DNA of 37,881 nucleotides from a virus (lineage: Duplodnaviria; Caudoviricetes). The notes below the pieces were generated by a model. That model worked only from the letters and a program-made list of their open reading frames with translations. It searched no databases and was not told the DNA's origin. Each line of letters starts with the position of its first letter. The stretch's first letter is position 1. The translations under genes were made by a program, and so were the position numbers. Below, one piece after another: positions 17,749 to 28,215 of the stretch. The stretch is from IMG/VR virus record IMGVR_UViG_3300014202_000046, positions 1 through 37,881 of that record. The stretch is one strand, 5' to 3'.

Positions 17749-20700
17749 CAGAAGTTCAATGGAATCATCTGAGACTTCTTCCGAGAGGTATCAGTAGAAC
17801 CTTCTCGAATTTTCTCCTTGAGTCTCTGCTCGAAGGGGACAGTGGTGGTTCCAAATACGATGTCAGAAAGTAATCTTGTGACGTCCGGCTTATCCATATG
17901 TCGTTTTCCGGATTCCATGACCGTGTTTACGTCTGAGGCAACGGGACCGAGGAAGGATGTGGCTGGATTACGGGATCTAGTGATATCGTACCACATACCA
18001 AACCCACCGATTGTGGACAACCCTCTAACCAATCTTTCTGTCATAGTTAATTCCTTGTCGTCTCCCATCAATACGGATCTAAGGGTGCTCAAAGGTACGC
18101 CGATAATCACGGCTGCGCCAGCGAGAGTCAATCCACCCGCCACCTTGCCCCCGACAGTCTCGGCTTTCCATACAGGTTTAACCACATGATCCATGATGAA
18201 GTTCGTCTGGTTAAAGGCATACGTCTTAAACTTACGGAACCACAGAGCATGGGGGTGAGCCCATCCAAGGGGCATAGCCCCTGGAGTGTTACGGAAGTTA
18301 ACGTGATCTGACCATCTAAGAGCAGCGTCAAGGATCTCCTTCTCCGACCACGCAGTCTTAGTAGGATCCAGTTTCAACTCCCTCATCTGTGCTTCAATTC
18401 GAGTGGTACTCTTGCCAGCAGCCCTAGCCTTAGCAAGATCTTCCATCAATAATTCGGCATACGAGCGGCCCCAGTTGGAGCCGATGACTCGTTGCATTCT
18501 CTCTGCACCTACGAATCCCGTCATACGAAGGAAGGTTGTAGGATGGTTAAAGAACTCAAGGAACTTGAGATTACCAGTGAATTCTCTACCAAAGATACGA
18601 TGTTCGACCGAACTAAACTCTCCAATGATTTGCATCAAGGATGTCTCTAGCACAGCACCGCTACGCTCAGCAGTCTCTTGATACTTGGCTGGATTGTTCT
18701 TAAGATCTTTGAGCATGCTTCCCATGATGCGGAGATTAGACTTAAACCCTCCTGCCAAATGGGCAGTAGCAATCATACCGTTCACGGTGGCCTGAGTCAT
18801 ATTAGCCAAGGGGGCTAAGGTAAGTTTCAATGTCTGGAAAGCAGACACTCGACCTAAGATCTCACGCTCAGCTAAAGACAGTTCTCCCGCCTTAGCAATC
18901 ATGGCAGATCTTGAATCACCTACCCGTTGCCAGTACAACTCACCAGCGAACCGCGCGGCTCTGTTACCATACTTATCCTCAATGTACTTGATACCAGCAA
19001 TAGCCTTCTCATCATTAGCGCCGAACACATTGGCATAAGCAATACGCTTCTCAGCGTCAGCGACATACATAGCCATAGCAGCACGAGGATCCTTGATGAC
19101 GAAGGGGTCTAGCACAGACTCCTCCTCTACATGGATCTTCCGGCTGTGCTCAAGGTGCCCACTCCGACTAACCTTATGGTTCTTACGGAAGTTATCGAGC
19201 ATCTTCTTAGCTAGAGCAGGACTGATATAGATCTGAGATGTCTTGCCCGTAGTCTTAGATGTGTACTCACGAATAAGTTTAGCAGTCTCTTCATTGTCAC
19301 CCAAGATATTCTTGAGAGTGCCCTCCAAAGCTTCTGGCTTCCATTTATGAGAAGTCATGACTTCCACCCATTTATCTCTACCAGCTTGGGTAGACAAGAA
19401 GGCCATGTCATACTGACGGGGAAAGTACATCTTCTTAGCAGCAATGCTGGCGAGCCGAGTGTATGTCTTGGAGTCTACGATACCAGCTTGCATTGATCTC
19501 TTGAGGACATCCGTAAAGTAGCTGGACATATTCTTAGCAATGGACTTACTAAGTGAGGTCAATTCACCTTCCTTGATAGTTCCACGCAAGAAGTTCATGG
19601 CATCTGTCTGTGCTTGTTCCACAACAGCCTTGTCCACCCCAGACGCACGGGCATCTCTAGCGGGACGATTGATATCCCACAACTTGTCTCCTGCTGTACC
19701 TTCAAACTTAGTTTGGGCACGTTCCATCAAGTCATCGAAGAGTCTACCCAAGCCACCAAACTTAGTTCGCAAGATAAACGAAGGGGAACGGATAGCCCAT
19801 CCTTGCCAAGCGGCAAAGCTGTAATCTTCCTCAGCTCTAGCGATAGCTTCAGGAGACTTAGCATCGAGCTTAGTCCCCTTACCAATATACCGTGTATAGA
19901 GACCCTTTCCATAAGGCAAGCCGAGACCAATAGCGGCACCCATTAGTGCGCCATATTCGTCACCCGTTGCTACGTACCCGATCCCCGCACCAATACCAGC
20001 GCGGCCCATAGCCGCCAACAAAGAGGGGTCGATGCTACCCAACTCCTTACCACGAGACTTGGACAGAGTGGAAGCTCCCCTCATTGCTTTACCTTCAGCA
20101 TCTAGCAAACTATCCACACTTTCTGTTTTATCCAGAGGTAGAGAGTCTTTAGATACGATGAATTCTGGCGTATCTATGCCCTTCTCAACTGTGACTAAAT
20201 CACGAGACGGGGTGCCATAGATCTTAGTAAGAGCATTGACCTCTTCTTGTCCGGGAGTCTTCCACAAGTCTTCCTCGGTCTTCACACCACGGATGTTCTT
20301 AGGAACACCATGATCTACACCCAGTCTAAGCGTGGAGTTAATGAGTCCTGCTGCCGCGTCGTAGTTACCGGAAGCTATGTGACCAGTTAATTCGGTTCTG
20401 AGATTATCGGCCTTATCCTTAAGTACTCGGAACTCACCTTCTATAATATCACCAGAGCTAGGCAATGCTTTCTGACCCTCAATGAGAGGTCTACCAATAT
20501 TGGTCCCAGCCACACTCTCCGGACCAGTCAATAGTGGTTGCTGGGGAACCCCCTCGATAGTCGCACCTTCTCGGGGTTGTTGAGTTAACTGGGATTGGTT
20601 ACGAGGGATGAACTCCCCTTCGACTACTTCACTCTTGGGGGTAGGTATCGCTTCTCTGTATGGATCATCAGCAAGTCTCTGTAGCTCCTTGCCCGTAACT

Positions 20701-21389
20701 GGTGTATTGATGGCTTGCTTGTGAGCTAGATACTTAGCGTATGCTGCGCCTAGTCCATAGATACCTCCACCAATAGCAGCTCCGTACATCATGCCGTGAC
20801 CAACATCACTTATATTAGCTTCACCATCTTGGGCGATCTCTTGCATGGCTACAGACGTACCACCAAGCCCAGCCCCAATTCCCACAGCCTTTAGGAATGT
20901 AGAACCTACCGGGAGCAGGGATGAGGGGTCGGCAATAGCTACACCAATCTGTCCGGTCATGTGAGCCGTACGTTCCTGTTGGTCGGGAAGATTACTGATA
21001 TCCTTGTAAGATTGATATCCCAAGTCATTAGGACTTTGTGGACCTCTACGAGCAATGGTATCTTTACGGATATCTTCATCCGAATAGTCTTCTGATACTG
21101 CTCCCATGATAGAGTTTACAATTACATCGCCAATAGCCTCTATCAAACCAGCGCCACTCCTAGCGCCATGGGTAGCCACTTGGATAGCTGTTGGATTGAG
21201 GGAGTTGAGTCTATCTAGTTCAGATATGATCTGGGGATCCTCTACTCTATCCGGAGAACTCTCTAGATTTCTCTTCCACTTAGCTTTCGGGACAGTGCTG
21301 AGATCAGATGTCTCGGGCGCAAGCTGTCCTGCCGCTGAACTAATACGGGACAAGAGACCTTCATCTGTGATTCTGTTGGCTTCATTCAT
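17748..21389 (-). CDS. large internal virion / DNA ejection protein (1213 aa)
   Basis: Size, helical character, Gly/Ala hydrophobic patches, last position in a podovirus tail module. Confidence 0.7.
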   Translation of the reverse strand: MNEANRITDEGLLSRISSAAGQLAPETSDLSTVPKAKWKRNLESSPDRVEDPQIISELDRLNSLNPTAIQVATHGARSGAGLIEAIGDVIVNSIMGAVSEDYSDEDIRKDTIARRGPQSPNDLGYQSYKDISNLPDQQERTAHMTGQIGVAIADPSSLLPVGSTFLKAVGIGAGLGGTSVAMQEIAQDGEANISDVGHGMMYGAAIGGGIYGLGAAYAKYLAHKQAINTPVTGKELQRLADDPYREAIPTPKSEVVEGEFIPRNQSQLTQQPREGATIEGVPQQPLLTGPESVAGTNIGRPLIEGQKALPSSGDIIEGEFRVLKDKADNLRTELTGHIASGNYDAAAGLINSTLRLGVDHGVPKNIRGVKTEEDLWKTPGQEEVNALTKIYGTPSRDLVTVEKGIDTPEFIVSKDSLPLDKTESVDSLLDAEGKAMRGASTLSKSRGKELGSIDPSLLAAMGRAGIGAGIGYVATGDEYGALMGAAIGLGLPYGKGLYTRYIGKGTKLDAKSPEAIARAEEDYSFAAWQGWAIRSPSFILRTKFGGLGRLFDDLMERAQTKFEGTAGDKLWDINRPARDARASGVDKAVVEQAQTDAMNFLRGTIKEGELTSLSKSIAKNMSSYFTDVLKRSMQAGIVDSKTYTRLASIAAKKMYFPRQYDMAFLSTQAGRDKWVEVMTSHKWKPEALEGTLKNILGDNEETAKLIREYTSKTTGKTSQIYISPALAKKMLDNFRKNHKVSRSGHLEHSRKIHVEEESVLDPFVIKDPRAAMAMYVADAEKRIAYANVFGANDEKAIAGIKYIEDKYGNRAARFAGELYWQRVGDSRSAMIAKAGELSLAEREILGRVSAFQTLKLTLAPLANMTQATVNGMIATAHLAGGFKSNLRIMGSMLKDLKNNPAKYQETAERSGAVLETSLMQIIGEFSSVEHRIFGREFTGNLKFLEFFNHPTTFLRMTGFVGAERMQRVIGSNWGRSYAELLMEDLAKARAAGKSTTRIEAQMRELKLDPTKTAWSEKEILDAALRWSDHVNFRNTPGAMPLGWAHPHALWFRKFKTYAFNQTNFIMDHVVKPVWKAETVGGKVAGGLTLAGAAVIIGVPLSTLRSVLMGDDKELTMTERLVRGLSTIGGFGMWYDITRSRNPATSFLGPVASDVNTVMESGKRHMDKPDVTRLLSDIVFGTTTVPFEQRLKEKIREGSTDTSRKKSQMIPLNF

Positions 21390-21393
21390 ATAG

Positions 21394-22476
21394 TTATTTT
21401 ACATTCACCTTAAAGGCTTCTTTAGTATCAGCAAGGTACCAGTAGTACTGCCCATCCACTTGAATCAATCTAGCATCAGTCGGCATAGAAGTGGACTCCC
21501 TCCACAACTGTCCCTCATCCGCATTGGGATAAACGTTCTTAAGATCACGATAGTTGGAAGCTACGATGGCCCCTTGAGAAGCAAGGAGGGCTCGGGCTTG
21601 CATAGCCTCGGCATCTGTACCACCTGCCTTACTGAGGATGTCGTCTATCGACATACCTAGTGAGTCTTCTATGCGTTTAAGCTTCTGCTTGTCTTGTTCT
21701 TGATCACTTGCTTGTAGTTGAGTAAGGTGTGTCACGAAGTTTGCTGAACCCATCTTAGCTTCTTGAGTGGTCAAGGGTTTACCTAGTTGCATTCCCCGCT
21801 TAATGGTAGCCTCTTTGATGGCTCGATCTGTCCGGATGTTTTCTAGATCTAGATCGAATCCATACTTCATCTTCAATAGAGACTTATCTTTCTCAAACTT
21901 ATCATTCGGAGATTCCCAAGTCTCTTCATCCCAATCCTGCTTGCGAACTTCCAGATCAAGTTGACGATCCTTCTGACCAATCTGCCTTTCGTTCTGATCA
22001 ACGCCCGCTTCAAGTACTCTCAACTTCCGTTCGGGAGCATTGGAATTAATCTCTTGTCGCTTTCCTACATTATCAAGGAGGGTACCTTCAGTCTGAGCTT
22101 TCTTGTAATCACTCTCAGTCTTGAGTTGAATGGCTTGCATACGCTTCATTTCTACCATTTCAGCGCCTTGCATGTCACCAAAGTCAGTGAGCCTATCTCG
22201 GATATATCCGTAGTACTGATCTCCCATATCAGGAGTTAGACCATTGGCCCTAGCTTCCTTAACAGCGTCCATACGACGTTTGTTAGTGACCATGCCAGTG
22301 AGACGATCAAACGGATTACCACGTATAGCTCCGGATCCAGCGTACTGCATCTCCGCCATAGCGGCTTCCATTGGACCACCTACCGGACGAAAGTTGGTGC
22401 CGTAATCAGAGGGGGCGGAGTTACCGTCCCCAAACAATCCATAATCGAATGATTGATTTGCCATATTAGTTTCCAA
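21394..22476 (-). CDS. internal virion / ejection protein (360 aa)
   Basis: Coiled-coil rich; lies between two other ejection-type genes. Confidence 0.6.
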   Translation of the reverse strand: METNMANQSFDYGLFGDGNSAPSDYGTNFRPVGGPMEAAMAEMQYAGSGAIRGNPFDRLTGMVTNKRRMDAVKEARANGLTPDMGDQYYGYIRDRLTDFGDMQGAEMVEMKRMQAIQLKTESDYKKAQTEGTLLDNVGKRQEINSNAPERKLRVLEAGVDQNERQIGQKDRQLDLEVRKQDWDEETWESPNDKFEKDKSLLKMKYGFDLDLENIRTDRAIKEATIKRGMQLGKPLTTQEAKMGSANFVTHLTQLQASDQEQDKQKLKRIEDSLGMSIDDILSKAGGTDAEAMQARALLASQGAIVASNYRDLKNVYPNADEGQLWRESTSMPTDARLIQVDGQYYWYLADTKEAFKVNVK

Positions 22477-24184
22477 ACAAACTCATGAATTCAAGAGCGT
22501 CATCAATGAGAGATCCGTTGTTCTGCGACTTCAACGTGTTGCCGTGTGCCTGTACTCCGTAGGCGTCATAGGCATACTTGCCAGCTTGAGCAGTGCCCTG
22601 CTGCTGATCGTTTGATATGTTGGAAGCAACTCTCAGTGGTTCCAATACATTCATGTTATTGAACTCAGTACGGCCTTGGTTAAGGGCAAGGAAGTTCTTG
22701 AACATGTTGGTAGTGTAATCTTGTGCTGCTGTAGTAGCTGCAAAGACTCGCTTCTGTCGACCCTCTTCCAACTGTGTGCGGAAGTCCGCTACGTTAGCGG
22801 CAGTGCCTGTATTGATACCACTGCTATTGAACAACTTGGATTCAAGGCTATTGAACTGTCGAGCATCCCGTCTGGACTCAAGTCTATCAATCTGATCAAA
22901 GAACTCTTGGGACAATCCACGTTGATTGAGGTTACGTGCTGCGGTACCCGTCTTATTAATCAGGGCATCAAAGTCTCCGAAGGTTCTCTTCATCCCCGCA
23001 CTAAGGGTGGGCTTGGCATATCCATTGGACATATCAACACCAGACCCCATTGGATTCCTGATGTCAAATGGCTTGGCTTGAGCGTCACCGTACAACGCCA
23101 TAAGCTGTTTGTACAACGTCTCAGATGCCTTTGTACTACCTTTGGATCCGAAGATTGTTTCAAAGATTCCCGGAGATCCTCCAGAGTTTGATCCTGCCAT
23201 GCTACCGCCTCCGCCCCCTCCACCGAGAGCATTTGTTACTGTGCCTACACCATCACGAATAGTTCCGACGGTGCTTGCTGCATTACCAAGAGTTCCGGAC
23301 AAACCACCAGTGGCAGTGTTGATTCCGTTCTTTACGTTGGTAACAGTTTGATTGAATTGATTGAACGCATTCTTACCAGCATTAACAGCAGGTTGAAGTG
23401 GTCCAAAAGCGTTACTAGCTGCGGGTGCCCATGCAGCCCCAGCCCCCGAGAATCCCGGACCAAAGGTTCTGTTGGCCGCATTTACCGCGCCGTAGGCCCC
23501 AGAAAAAGGGTCTCCAGTTCCTACCGGATTAAACATCCCACCTGTTGAGAAGGGGTTAATTTTATCCAATCCATTCATTATAAAGGTGCCGGGGTTGGCG
23601 AAGGATGCTGCTATTCCGCCTGTGGATTTAATTACGTTACCGAAACCAGCACCGAACTTACCTGCTCCGTATCCACTAGCAGCGCCTGTGAGAGCGCCCA
23701 TAACACCACCGCCATTCATGGCACCAAGGGTGCCGCCTAATGTGGCAGCTAGAGCCGGTCCCACACCGGGGACAAAGCCTAGACCTATCTGTCCAACAGT
23801 CCCAAGTATCTTCCCAAATGTAGAATTCAGAAATGATTCTTTATGTTGCTGAGACCTAGTGTTCTCTCTGATGCCGTAGTCTAAGGACTCACGAGCAAAC
23901 TTAGTGAACTGTGCGGAGGGCGATGCGGGTAGTTTACCCGTATCTAGAAACTTCTGGAACTCCAGAGCAACCGGGCTCTTAGATCTGGCAAGACTCTTGC
24001 CTGTATTCTTGACAATGTTTTCCCATGCTTGCTTAGAACCACCTTCCTTTTCGGTACGGTGGTCATATAACTTGGAGAGCTTGGCAAACAGGTTCCTATC
24101 GGTAACACCCGCATACTCCAATCCAGCACCTTGAGTGCTGAACGGCAGATTCTTAGAGTTTAGTCCAGTAGACTTCTTTGCCAT
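22466..24184 (-). CDS. Gly/Ala-rich internal virion (pilot-like) protein (572 aa)
   Basis: Glycine-zipper segment (GFVPGVGPALAATLGGTLG), G/N/Q-rich composition, gene position. Confidence 0.6.
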   Translation of the reverse strand: MAKKSTGLNSKNLPFSTQGAGLEYAGVTDRNLFAKLSKLYDHRTEKEGGSKQAWENIVKNTGKSLARSKSPVALEFQKFLDTGKLPASPSAQFTKFARESLDYGIRENTRSQQHKESFLNSTFGKILGTVGQIGLGFVPGVGPALAATLGGTLGAMNGGGVMGALTGAASGYGAGKFGAGFGNVIKSTGGIAASFANPGTFIMNGLDKINPFSTGGMFNPVGTGDPFSGAYGAVNAANRTFGPGFSGAGAAWAPAASNAFGPLQPAVNAGKNAFNQFNQTVTNVKNGINTATGGLSGTLGNAASTVGTIRDGVGTVTNALGGGGGGGSMAGSNSGGSPGIFETIFGSKGSTKASETLYKQLMALYGDAQAKPFDIRNPMGSGVDMSNGYAKPTLSAGMKRTFGDFDALINKTGTAARNLNQRGLSQEFFDQIDRLESRRDARQFNSLESKLFNSSGINTGTAANVADFRTQLEEGRQKRVFAATTAAQDYTTNMFKNFLALNQGRTEFNNMNVLEPLRVASNISNDQQQGTAQAGKYAYDAYGVQAHGNTLKSQNNGSLIDDALEFMSLFGN

Positions 24185-24495
24185 TACAGTTTCTGATAGA
24201 TCGCTATTGCCTTGGTGCGTACCTGAGCTTCCGGAGTGTTAGTAAGATCAGCTACCAATTTAATAATCAATTGTAATGTGGGATCTTTAGCAATTCTGTT
24301 GGTAGTTATTGCAGTTTTGTAAGCGTCCTTGGCCCCAACCTCATTAACCGCATCAAGTTGATGTCGAGTCGGGATGGGTTCTGGTCTATTCCATGCGGAG
24401 ATAGTCACAATCCCGTCTCCAGCATCCATCAACTCCCAGTCGCCTGCTTTATAGTTAGGAAATAACACTAGTAATTTTTCATGGGAGATTGACAT
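24184..24495 (-). CDS. XkdW-like tail-fibre-associated protein
   Basis: LFP...DWELMDAGDG...ISAWNRPEPIPT...L pattern; directly after the tail fibre. Confidence 0.6.
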   Translation of the reverse strand: MSISHEKLLVLFPNYKAGDWELMDAGDGIVTISAWNRPEPIPTRHQLDAVNEVGAKDAYKTAITTNRIAKDPTLQLIIKLVADLTNTPEAQVRTKAIAIYQKL

Positions 24496-25175
24496 TAAGA
24501 AATCCTCACGGCGTATAGGGCGTGGATGTTACTGGAAGCTAGGGTTTCTCCGGCCTCTGAGTATCCAATCAGGCCGATATAATCACCGGATGCAAACGTT
24601 AATTGGACTATATTGACAGTATTCAGAATAAGTCTACCATTCGTAGTTACTTCTGCCTCATCAAACGTACTAGAAACGATGTTATTGCCTGAGTCGAACC
24701 GAGCGATTCCACAACGTTTTTGTCCCGCAGTGTTATCGAATAGGATCCTTCCAAAGCAGAGATAGCTCCCATCTTGTTCAGCAGATGTTAGAGTTATTTT
24801 GCTGCTAGCTGCGATACCTCCAAGATCTATCACCTCACTAGTTAAATTAGTGAGTCTAGTCACGGTCGCAGCAGCTAGAACCTGAGTAGAATTCCCCCGT
24901 ATATGTACTACGGTATTTCTACCGGGACCTAGTTTGTTGAGTAGCACTTTCTTATATGCAGTAGCACTCGCGTCGTAGGTCGCCACATAGTCAGTAGTTC
25001 CTATTGGACTGGAGTCTTCTGTAAGAGAGTTGGGGAGATCTAGCTTGGTTGCGATGCACGTAGCGATCTCATCAAACTCAGAGTCAAAGTCTACGCCACT
25101 AATAACCTTGGAGGGGTTGCCGGATGCAAGGGCATCCTTAGCGGTAAAGTTTGTATTCTTACTATAGTCGGTCAA
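24495..25175 (-). CDS. short tail fibre protein (226 aa)
   Basis: N-terminal anchor YSKNTNFTAKDAL.SGNP.K.I.G..FD.EF..I...I.TK.D and a beta-rich C-terminal head; TTG start with GGGAGA SD. Confidence 0.7.
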   Translation of the reverse strand: MTDYSKNTNFTAKDALASGNPSKVISGVDFDSEFDEIATCIATKLDLPNSLTEDSSPIGTTDYVATYDASATAYKKVLLNKLGPGRNTVVHIRGNSTQVLAAATVTRLTNLTSEVIDLGGIAASSKITLTSAEQDGSYLCFGRILFDNTAGQKRCGIARFDSGNNIVSSTFDEAEVTTNGRLILNTVNIVQLTFASGDYIGLIGYSEAGETLASSNIHALYAVRIS

Positions 25176-25177
25176 GA

Positions 25178-25264
25178 TTATTCTCCCAAAGATCTCAGGT
25201 AATTAGCGACAGTCTCTAATTCATCTGCGGTAGCGAATCCCTTAATCCAGTTTGCCTTGCTCAT
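25178..25264 (-). pseudogene. 28-codon mini-ORF resembling the C-terminus of a phage HNH endonuclease
   Basis: Read by eye: MSKANWIKGFATADELETVANYLRSLGE, matching from memory the 'xAN.iK..At..EL..va.yl' tail of phage HNH proteins. Confidence 0.5.
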
Positions 25265-26829
25265 TATCGTGCCTCACGTCCCACCTTGAGTAAAAGGGTG
25301 ATTTGTTCCACTGCCACTTGTGTGTTGTTCACAGTGACGTTAAATCCAAAACTAAATACTTGTCCTGTTCTAGATGCGGGAGTCCCTATCCTAGACAGAG
25401 TGACACCGCCACCATACTCGGCTATACCGAACTCAGCTTCCCCATATTCCGCAAGGGCCGCTGCGGGCGGGATGCTAATGTTAGCATTATCCGAGCTGGC
25501 TCCGTAGTCCACCTCCCAAGTGAATGTGAATATCTGACTACCAGCACCTTCTATAATTGTATTGATCTTCTTTAGGATCTTGAGTTTAGCGTCTCCAAAG
25601 TCAGACCAGCTACTAGCCCATGATATGTTGTAGGTTGAAGTTCCATCTAGATACCCAGAGTATTTTCCGATGGTACCAGCCTTTCCAAGATACAGTACAC
25701 CCTCATGATTGTAGGCCGATGTCCAATCGGTATTCACAAACTGTGTAATTCTAACGTCGTTAGTAGATTCAGCTACTATGTGCGTGTCAAAGGCCCAGAT
25801 GATCCCATCCGAACCAAAGAGTAGGTATAAAGCCTCCTCAGGGGAATAGGCACTACGCACCTTAAATGTGGACACACTACGAGTGGACTGCACCAACTCT
25901 CTACGTACCAACGCTGATACGTCACTCAACTCTAGATTATTCTCAGATTCAATAACTTGTCTCAAAGACCGTACACCGGTGGAGCTTAGGAAGTACAAGT
26001 CTATACCTGCTTGTTGGATAGAGTCCCTCTCGATACATCCAACGCCTTGTATGATCTTTACGATGGATAATGTGGAGGGGTCGTCTGGAGACCCATAGAT
26101 AATGATCTGTGATCTTAAGAACACTACGAGATACTTATCAATGGAGCTGATCGCAACTACTTCATCATAACCCGAGCTAACAGCAGTGGCTGTGCCCAGT
26201 ACATTAATCTCACCTGCTCCGGTGGACCAGTGGGTCTCATCCAATAGAGCGGAGTACGCTACGATACTTTGGCCAGTGCCTGTGGATGCCTTCTGTGCCC
26301 ACAGTCTACCGAATGCGGAATGAACACAGTTACCACTAGGGACAGTGCCAGAGCCAGCAGCTATGGCTGCAAAGTTACCTGACCCAGATTTGACAATCAT
26401 AGTGTTACCAGCTTGGGCACCTACCACCTTGTCATTGAAATTCTGCCATTGCCAATCCACACCTGTAGGAGTGAGGGCTCCAGTCCTATCTGTAAAGCTG
26501 GTGTACGAGCTGGGTGATTCATAGATCTTGTTAGATGCAGATACTACAGCACTAGAGATCAACATGTTTCCACTAGAGTAGTCATACATGAACAGTGTTG
26601 AGATGTCAGGAGAGCCAGTGAGTTCCGATCCACCACTAGTCAATTGACTGAATCCTTTACGACAAGCTAGTCTACCCGCTTTATCGTAGACTATGTTCTC
26701 GGCAACCCGCGCATACGAAAAGTCTCGGGTGACTTGATCACCCTCAAAGTTCAGGCCATTGATGCCAGGGGCTCGTAGTGTAATGGGGATTAGTGCCCCA
26801 CCCATTCTTCGTGTTCTAGAGTATGCCAT
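25264..26829 (-). CDS. tail nozzle / DNA stabilisation protein (P22 gp10 / tail tubular B-like)
   Basis: 521 aa, beta-propeller-like composition, GVGCIERDSIQ and LYFLSSTGVRSL; follows the adaptor. Confidence 0.75.
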   Translation of the reverse strand: MAYSRTRRMGGALIPITLRAPGINGLNFEGDQVTRDFSYARVAENIVYDKAGRLACRKGFSQLTSGGSELTGSPDISTLFMYDYSSGNMLISSAVVSASNKIYESPSSYTSFTDRTGALTPTGVDWQWQNFNDKVVGAQAGNTMIVKSGSGNFAAIAAGSGTVPSGNCVHSAFGRLWAQKASTGTGQSIVAYSALLDETHWSTGAGEINVLGTATAVSSGYDEVVAISSIDKYLVVFLRSQIIIYGSPDDPSTLSIVKIIQGVGCIERDSIQQAGIDLYFLSSTGVRSLRQVIESENNLELSDVSALVRRELVQSTRSVSTFKVRSAYSPEEALYLLFGSDGIIWAFDTHIVAESTNDVRITQFVNTDWTSAYNHEGVLYLGKAGTIGKYSGYLDGTSTYNISWASSWSDFGDAKLKILKKINTIIEGAGSQIFTFTWEVDYGASSDNANISIPPAAALAEYGEAEFGIAEYGGGVTLSRIGTPASRTGQVFSFGFNVTVNNTQVAVEQITLLLKVGREAR

Positions 26830-27080
26830 TAAATATTAGTAAGTTCCCACGCCGTCTTTACAGACGGAATCATTATATTGATTTCGCCACTGAAGTCACC
26901 AGTCTCGGGGTTAACATGGCCTGCTAGACGGACCACTTCATCGTTAGCAACGATACACCAACCGATGGATTTGATAACAATAGGCTCAAGAGTATCCCTA
27001 TAAGAACCCCAAGCCCCACTAGAATTAGACCAATGATCATTCCACTCAATAAAGTAGATGTGTCCGGGTTTGAATTCCAT
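26829..27080 (-). CDS. hypothetical phage protein (83 aa)
   Basis: IEWND...W...SIGW motif; TAATG coupling. Confidence 0.65.
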   Translation of the reverse strand: MEFKPGHIYFIEWNDHWSNSSGAWGSYRDTLEPIVIKSIGWCIVANDEVVRLAGHVNPETGDFSGEINIMIPSVKTAWELTNI

Positions 27081-27083
27081 GAC

Positions 27084-27770
27084 TTACGGGACGTACCAGT
27101 CGCCATCTGTGGTGCCCTCGTACTTGGAGCGTTGTTCATAGGCAATAGCGTCTCCGAGTGCTCGTACATACTGAGAGGTGATATCGGATGCGGTGGCACC
27201 GCCGTCCTCACCCTTCTCTTGTATCGCCATAGCAAGTGTTCTTAGGAACACCGGCATCCACGGAATCTTCAGATAGTCTTCATCACTAGTGAAATCATCC
27301 GAAGGGTTGTACACAGTGACCTTGAGGTTATACACTCCATCTGGTATCTGGAAGAACTCAATCTGAACGTTCTGTGTCTCGTCCATACCACCCATAGCCC
27401 AATAGAAAGGTTGGCCGGGAGTGTCCAGTGTGAACGTATTCTGTCTGATATATTCTCTAGTGTGTTTAACTAGGAAGCAAATACTATCAGTATCATAAAC
27501 TTCAATAACCCGAGATCGGGCATTAGTATAGATTCCTAGCGTGGTGTCTTTCACACTTACATATTGTTGAGAAGCTACTGTTGGGATATCCAATGTAACC
27601 AACAGGCTGTCCCAATTGAAGGCGTCTTCAACTTCCCGCTTGGCATCATTCAGGAATCCAAAGATCATCGTAGCATAGGCTGTATCAGAGATGTTCTCTA
27701 CCGTGTCCTCACGAAGACGGGTGAGAACTCTGTTCACTATACTCAAAGCTGTGACTGATTCAACAGACAT
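27084..27770 (-). CDS. head-tail adaptor (tail tubular A-like)
   Basis: LSIVNRVLTRLRE...FLNDAKREVEDAFNW..L; position after the capsid genes. Confidence 0.75.
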   Translation of the reverse strand: MSVESVTALSIVNRVLTRLREDTVENISDTAYATMIFGFLNDAKREVEDAFNWDSLLVTLDIPTVASQQYVSVKDTTLGIYTNARSRVIEVYDTDSICFLVKHTREYIRQNTFTLDTPGQPFYWAMGGMDETQNVQIEFFQIPDGVYNLKVTVYNPSDDFTSDEDYLKIPWMPVFLRTLAMAIQEKGEDGGATASDITSQYVRALGDAIAYEQRSKYEGTTDGDWYVP

Positions 27771-27782
27771 AGTTAATTCCTA

Positions 27783-27811
27783 AATGGGAAAGGGAGGGTT
27801 GCCCCTCCCCC
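27783..27811 (-). terminator. hairpin / probable leaky terminator after the capsid operon
   Basis: On the - strand GGGAGGG-GCAA-CCCTCCC followed by TTTCCCATTT. Confidence 0.6.
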
Positions 27812-27814
27812 TTA

Positions 27815-28162
27815 TTACCAAGCCGGTCGTCCGACCAATACTTTGATTGTGAGGCCAGATCCAAAGTCTAGGGCAGTAGAGCCATCCAGATTAGAGATCC
27901 GACACACGAGAGTGTTTGCGGCGCTCACAGTAAAGAATACATCACTCACTCCACCTTGACTGTATGAGAACGAGGCCCCTAAGACCACGTCTCCTAGAGC
28001 CAGTCCGGGGACAGTCCAACTCTGTGTGTCTTCTGCTCCCGCTGCGATAGATGCCGGGTTAGCTCCGGTGATAGTGATTCCGTAAACTCGACTGAACAGA
28101 GCTTGGTATTGCTGTCTCCCGTCCAGACTTACGGTTGCTGTGCCTGCTGTTGTAAACGACAT
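27815..28162 (-). CDS. putative capsid decoration / minor structural protein (115 aa)
   Basis: Small beta-rich protein right after the MCP, strong AGGAGA SD. Confidence 0.6.
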   Translation of the reverse strand: MSFTTAGTATVSLDGRQQYQALFSRVYGITITGANPASIAAGAEDTQSWTVPGLALGDVVLGASFSYSQGGVSDVFFTVSAANTLVCRISNLDGSTALDFGSGLTIKVLVGRPAW

Positions 28163-28182
28163 AGTTGTTTCTCCTAAGTTGA

Positions 28183-28200
28183 GGGGGTCTTTCGACCCCC
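28183..28200 (-). promoter_or_regulatory. GNRA hairpin downstream of the major capsid gene
   Basis: GGGGGTC-GAAA-GACCCCC with no U-tract; likely mRNA stabiliser or pause site. Confidence 0.5.
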
Positions 28201-28215
28201 GTTACTTGTTAGTTA

